From Selenomonadaceae bacterium (GTDB lineage Bacteria; Bacillota; Negativicutes; Selenomonadales; Selenomonadaceae), in NCBI GenBank assembly GCA_017390245.1, contig JAFPCE010000099.1, positions 1 to 40,097 on the forward strand: DNA of 40,097 nucleotides, in the 5' to 3' direction. Positions 35,786 through 40,097 of this stretch are shown here, one piece after another. The translations under genes and the position numbers were made by a program. Below the pieces are notes generated by a model. The model had not been told where the DNA came from and made no database searches. It saw only the letters and a program-made list of their open reading frames with translations. The first letter of the stretch is position 1. Each line of letters begins with the position of its first letter.

Positions 35786-36919
35786 TTAACAAGACCTTTT
35801 ATTATTATATAAGGTCTCGATTTGTAACATAATGTCTTTCGGAATAGTATCCTGTGGTTTGCCAGCATACTCTGTGCCAGCTGTAAACTCCTGCAGTATG
35901 GATACGTACAGGATGCTGTCAGCAAACTGATCCTTAAAGCTGCTGTTAGAAGCTACTGCCTTCAGCTTAAAGGCAGATTCATAGGCCTGCAGGGCATCCT
36001 TGTATGCACCCTGGCTCTTATAGATATTGGCCAGCTCAATTACTACAAATGGTGCATAACTGTCATCTGCATATCTAAGCAGAGCTGCCTTGTATGCGGT
36101 AATGGCCTGTTTAGAATCCTGTCTGCTGTTAGCCAGGAAGGCGAAATCCAGCAGATCGTCTAAGGTCTTTAAATGAGGCATTAAATCTGGCTGCTGAGGC
36201 TTAACTGCAGGTTTGGTTTTAACTGCAGGCTTAGCCTTGATCTTAGGTTTAGCTTCGGCCTTAGGCACTGCAGGCTCCGTCTTGACCTCAGGTTTAGCTT
36301 CGGCCTTAGGCGCTGCAGGTTCAGCCTTAGCTTCAGGTTTTGTCACTTCCGCAATTACTGGAGCTGCTATCTTCCTGTCACTTGGTAACTTGATGATTTC
36401 AACCTTAGTTTCAGACTTAGTCTCAGCTTTAGCCTCAATACCTGGTTCAGGTACAGCTTTGCCAGTATTAGCAAGGTTTTCTGCAGGTGGTGCAGGAGCT
36501 GCTTCTTTGATAACAGGCTCCTTGATACTGATGGAATCTGCTTCTGCCACTGTATTTTCAGCAGTGGAGGCCATGACAGGTGCTTCAGCCGGAGCTGCTG
36601 CCGTTTCGGCTGTGTCTGCCGGAGCTTCTGCTCCAGACAGTGCTGCTTTACGCTGGAAATGCAAAAGCAGGCTGTTAAAAGCTGTAGTAGTTACTGCGGC
36701 CAGTAAAAGCAGGCAGCCCAGGGTATAAAAATAAGATATATTTAAAAATGGAACTAAAGCAATCATGGCATAATTAATGCCTGCAGCCCAAAGAGCACAC
36801 ATCAGCAGAGATGCCAGAGGCACCCTCATGCCTGTCCATTTTCCTGCCATATAAACTGTAGCAATGCCTGTAAATAAAATTGCAAAAATTATGTAAAAAA
36901 AGGTCACAAATAACACCAC
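35786..36919 (-). CDS. Hypothetical membrane protein: 3 TMs, Pro/Ala/Lys/Glu-rich linker, C-terminal TPR-like domain
   Basis: Hydrophobic N-terminus; low-complexity middle; AITAYKAAL...YAPFVVIELANIYKSQGAYKDALQAYESA. Confidence 0.75.
   Translation of the reverse strand: MVLFVTFFYIIFAILFTGIATVYMAGKWTGMRVPLASLLMCALWAAGINYAMIALVPFLNISYFYTLGCLLLLAAVTTTAFNSLLLHFQRKAALSGAEAPADTAETAAAPAEAPVMASTAENTVAEADSISIKEPVIKEAAPAPPAENLANTGKAVPEPGIEAKAETKSETKVEIIKLPSDRKIAAPVIAEVTKPEAKAEPAAPKAEAKPEVKTEPAVPKAEAKPKIKAKPAVKTKPAVKPQQPDLMPHLKTLDDLLDFAFLANSRQDSKQAITAYKAALLRYADDSYAPFVVIELANIYKSQGAYKDALQAYESAFKLKAVASNSSFKDQFADSILYVSILQEFTAGTEYAGKPQDTIPKDIMLQIETLYNNKRSC
36245..36319 (-). repeat. 30-bp direct repeat at 45-bp period (PAxPKAEAKP)
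   Basis: aggtttagcttcggccttaggc(a/g)ctgcagg at 36245-36274 and 36290-36319. Confidence 0.8.
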
Positions 36920-36980
36920 TACGCTTTATTTTTTGATAAAATATAAGTGAGTTTATAATATAACTCAAACAATTGTAAAA

Positions 36981-37056
36981 TTTCGACATCACTCTGAAAA
37001 ATCCTGCATAGCATATTTTTTATTTATAGGCAGGGAATTTTCTATAAATGTCGAAT
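36981..37056. promoter_or_regulatory. Two divergent SigH-like promoters
   Basis: Minus: GCAGGA, N14, GTCGAAA (37007-36981). Plus: GCAGGG, N14, GTCGAAT (37030-37056). Confidence 0.55.
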
Positions 37057-37138
37057 TGTGAGTATGCAGGAAAAATTTTCTGCATAAATATTACAATTAA
37101 TTATAGTATAACATAAACTGAGAAATGAGGGGAAACAA

Positions 37139-37411
37139 ATGAGAGAAGAAAAATTTACTATTGTTAATGAGCAGGGTTTACACGCACGTCCAGCAGGCCA
37201 GATAGCTAAAGAATCCAGGAATTATAAATCTAAGATTACTTTAACTATTCCTGAAACTGGCAAAAAATCTGATGCTAAGAGTTTGATGGGGATTATGACT
37301 CTGAAGGCAAAGAAGGGCACTGTTATCACCATTACTGCAGATGGTGAGGATGAAGATGCAGTTATTGAAAGATTTGGCGAATTGATTAAAACCGGCTTTG
37401 GTGAGGATTAA
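37139..37411 (+). CDS. ptsH: Phosphocarrier protein HPr
   Basis: GLHARPA (His15 site); DAKSLMGIM (Ser46-type site); ADGEDE. Confidence 0.95.
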   Translation: MREEKFTIVNEQGLHARPAGQIAKESRNYKSKITLTIPETGKKSDAKSLMGIMTLKAKKGTVITITADGEDEDAVIERFGELIKTGFGED

Positions 37412-37458
37412 AGTCAAAGAGAGTTTTGATAGGAATCTACAACCAGGAGGTTAGAAAA

Positions 37459-39174
37459 ATGTCAGATAATTTTAAGGGCATGGGAGCTATTCCAGGTATT
37501 GCTATTGGCAGAATCAAGCTGGTGGGACAGGACTTAACCAAGTATTTAGCTGCCTATAAGCCAGGAGATAAGGCTGAGGAACTGGAAAAGCTGAACAAAG
37601 CTATAGAAATGTCTGCAGAGATATTGGAGAAAAATGTTGAAGCCATGCGGGCAAAGGGGCAGGACGACCAGGCAGATATCATGGAAGCTCATTCCATGCT
37701 GGTACAAGATCCTATGCTGACAGATGGCATGGTGGAAAAAACTGAAGAATTAGGCAATGCTGCAGAGGCGGTAATAGCTTCCTCTCAGGAGTCAGCAGCC
37801 ATTTTTGCGGAAATGGATGATGATTACCTGCGGGAAAGAGCAGCGGATGTGCTGGACGTAGGCAAGCGTATTGCCAAGGTTATTCTTGGTATCAAGGAGC
37901 CAGAGCTGGGAGATGAAAAGCTGATTCTCTGCGGCTATTCCGTAGAACCATCTGCTGTAGCTGCTGTTCCAGATGAAAAGATTGCCGGTGTCATCATGGG
38001 TGAGGGCAGTACAACCTGCCATGCTGTTATTATTGCCAAGTCCAGAGCTATTCCTACTGTAGTGGGTTTAGATAAAACAGCTGACGAGCTGCCTGATGGC
38101 AGCCTGGCTATTTTAAATGGCAAGTCTGGTGAAATTATCGTTAATCCAGAGCCGGAGGTACTGGCTGATTATAAGCAGAAGCTGAAGAAAATCCAGGAGG
38201 ACATTGCCAGATATCTGGCCCTGAAGGATGCTCCTGCTGAAACAAAGGATGGAGTACAGATTCAGCTGGCCTGCAATATCAGCTCTCCAGCTGATGCAGA
38301 GTCTGCAGAAAAGTATGGCAATAAGGGCATTGGCTTGTTCCGTTCAGAATTCCTCTTTATGCAAAGTAATGATATTCCATCTGAGGAAACTCAGTATGAG
38401 AGCTATGCTAAGGCTGTAAAAGCCTGCAAGGGTGAGATGTGCGTTATCCGTACCCTGGATATTGGTGGTGATAAGCCATTGCCATATCTCAATATTCCTA
38501 AGGAGGATAATCCTTTCCTGGGTTATCGTGCGATTCGTATCAGCCTGCAGCACAAGGAAATATTCATGCCACAGCTGAAGGCTATTCTCCGTGCCGGTGT
38601 CTTTGGTCCAACAGGCATTATGGCACCCATGGTTATCAGCGTAGATGAGGTCCTGCAGCTGCGGGGCGTTATCAGAGAAGCCATGCAGGAGCTGGAGGAT
38701 GAAGGCAAGGAATATTCCAAGCATGTGCAGGTAGGCATTATGGTTGAAACACCAGCAGCTGCTGTCATGACGCCAATGCTGGGTAAATATGTAGACTTTT
38801 TCAGCATTGGTACTAATGATCTGGTACAGTACACCCTGTCTGTAGACAGAATCAATCCTAATGTAGGTTATCTGTATAACCATTTCCATCCAGCAGTATT
38901 ACAGCTGATTCAGCGTACTATTGAGGCTGCTGAAAAGCACAATATCTGGTCTGGCATGTGCGGTGAAATGGCCAGCGATCCTTATGCGGCTGTTATTCTC
39001 ATGGCAATGGGTATCAAGGAGCTCAGCATGAGTGCACCATCCATTCCAAGAGTTAAGGAAATGATTCGTTCTGTTACCTATCAGCAGGCTAAGGAAATCT
39101 TAAATGCTGTTATGGATCTGGAAAATGGCCAGGAAGTAGCAGAATATCTCCATAAAGCATTGGGTGAAAAATAA
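37459..39174 (+). CDS. ptsI: PEP-protein phosphotransferase (PTS enzyme I)
   Basis: [12 protein letters not shown] (phospho-His), [45 protein letters not shown]; AGGAGG before ATG 37459. Confidence 0.96.
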   Translation: MSDNFKGMGAIPGIAIGRIKLVGQDLTKYLAAYKPGDKAEELEKLNKAIEMSAEILEKNVEAMRAKGQDDQADIMEAHSMLVQDPMLTDGMVEKTEELGNAAEAVIASSQESAAIFAEMDDDYLRERAADVLDVGKRIAKVILGIKEPELGDEKLILCGYSVEPSAVAAVPDEKIAGVIMGEGSTTCHAVIIAKSRAIPTVVGLDKTADELPDGSLAILNGKSGEIIVNPEPEVLADYKQKLKKIQEDIARYLALKDAPAETKDGVQIQLACNISSPADAESAEKYGNKGIGLFRSEFLFMQSNDIPSEETQYESYAKAVKACKGEMCVIRTLDIGGDKPLPYLNIPKEDNPFLGYRAIRISLQHKEIFMPQLKAILRAGVFGPTGIMAPMVISVDEVLQLRGVIREAMQELEDEGKEYSKHVQVGIMVETPAAAVMTPMLGKYVDFFSIGTNDLVQYTLSVDRINPNVGYLYNHFHPAVLQLIQRTIEAAEKHNIWSGMCGEMASDPYAAVILMAMGIKELSMSAPSIPRVKEMIRSVTYQQAKEILNAVMDLENGQEVAEYLHKALGEK

Positions 39175-39230
39175 ATTTGGTATATAATAATGGCGTCATA
39201 AGACACCATTATTTTTTTGGAGGAATATCG

Positions 39231-39905
39231 TTGGAAATTTTTAAAAATGACTGGGGCAAATATTTAAAGGAAGAAATGGCCAAGCCATACTATCAGCAGC
39301 TGCGCCAGTTTTTGATACAGGAATACCGGCAGAATGTGGTTTATCCTGATATGTATGATATTTTTAACGCATTGCATTATACCAGCTATGCTGATACTAA
39401 AGTGCTGATTTTGGGACAGGATCCATATCATGAACCTGGCCAGGCCCATGGTCTGAGTTTCTCCGTGATGCCTAATGTACCACCGCCTCCATCTCTGGTA
39501 AATATTTACAAGGAGCTGGCTGATGATTTAGGCTGCAGTGTACCTGATAATGGCTGCCTGCTGCCCTGGGCTAAGCAAGGGGTGCTTTTACTGAACACTG
39601 TTTTAACTGTCAGAGCCCATCAGGCTAATTCCCACAGGGACAAGGGCTGGGAAAGCTTTACAGACAAAATTATTTCTCTCTTAAATGAAAGAGAAATACC
39701 CGTAGCCTTTATTTTGTGGGGAAGTCCTGCCAGACGGAAAAAAGCCTTAATTACCAACAGGCGTCATTTAATTATTGAGTCTGCCCATCCCAGCCCTTTG
39801 TCTGCCTACAGGGGCTTTTTTGGCAGCCACCCATTTTCCCGTGTTAACAGCTTTTTAACAGCTAATGGTATAGAACCAATTAACTGGCAGCTGCCAAATA
39901 TCTGA
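39231..39905 (+). CDS. ung: Uracil-DNA glycosylase
   Basis: [39 protein letters not shown]; GGAGG before TTG 39231. Confidence 0.96.
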   Translation: MEIFKNDWGKYLKEEMAKPYYQQLRQFLIQEYRQNVVYPDMYDIFNALHYTSYADTKVLILGQDPYHEPGQAHGLSFSVMPNVPPPPSLVNIYKELADDLGCSVPDNGCLLPWAKQGVLLLNTVLTVRAHQANSHRDKGWESFTDKIISLLNEREIPVAFILWGSPARRKKALITNRRHLIIESAHPSPLSAYRGFFGSHPFSRVNSFLTANGIEPINWQLPNI

Positions 39906-39921
39906 TTTTCTGGAAAATGTG

Positions 39922-39950
39922 TTGACAAGAAGTTAAAATTGCGGTAATAT
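39922..39950 (+). promoter_or_regulatory. Sigma-A promoter of tRNA gene
   Basis: TTGACA (39922-39927), 17 bp, TAATAT (39945-39950). Confidence 0.7.
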
Positions 39951-39970
39951 ATCATTCGTCAACAGAATAT

Positions 39971-40046
39971 TGGGGTATCGCCAAGTTGGTAAGGCACTGG
40001 ATTCTGAATCCAGCATGCGTTGGTTCGAGTCCAGCTACCCCAGCCA
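39971..40046 (+). tRNA. tRNA-Gln (anticodon CTG)
   Basis: Acceptor tggggta/tacccca; anticodon arm ctgga-tt-CTG-aa-tccag; GGTTCGAGTCC T-arm; encoded CCA; 76 nt. Confidence 0.96.
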
Positions 40047-40056
40047 TTGCAATAAT

Positions 40057-40086
40057 GCATCACTTCTGTAGTGGTGCTTTTATTTT
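40057..40086 (+). terminator. Intrinsic terminator after tRNA
   Basis: gcatcact-tctgt-agtggtgc-ttttatttt. Confidence 0.75.
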
Positions 40087-40097
40087 TCCCAGAAAAT

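Overview
Bacterial chromosomal window of mostly housekeeping genes. From about 2.3 kb onward the gene content looks like an anaerobic Negativicute (Selenomonadales-like; taxonomy is inference). Order: DAACS symporter, trkA-trkH-trkH, gmhA, cysK with a divergent Rrf2 (CymR-like) regulator, hemerythrin, yybS-gdpP-rplI-lonC-dnaB, phosphohexomutase, purB-purA, a minimal SUF-like pair, a glucosaminidase-TPR protein, a full sufCBDSU operon, a Tat-exported metallophosphoesterase, PRC-barrel and TPR proteins, ptsHI, ung and tRNA-Gln(CUG). The first ~2.3 kb (carB 3' end, yerC/hisR-hisZ-hisG) differs in codon and CpG style and breaks off inside the hisG C-terminus, suggesting a chimeric join. The most interesting signals are two stand-alone intergenic transcription units with no real ORF. 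The first (~12723-12817, minus) has a Fur box inside its promoter and an exposed anti-Shine-Dalgarno seed complementary to the RBS regions of both Fe-S assembly operons here, so it is a candidate iron-sparing sRNA. The second (~32653-32749, minus) is a structured orphan sRNA candidate. No CRISPR array, rRNA or transposase was seen.
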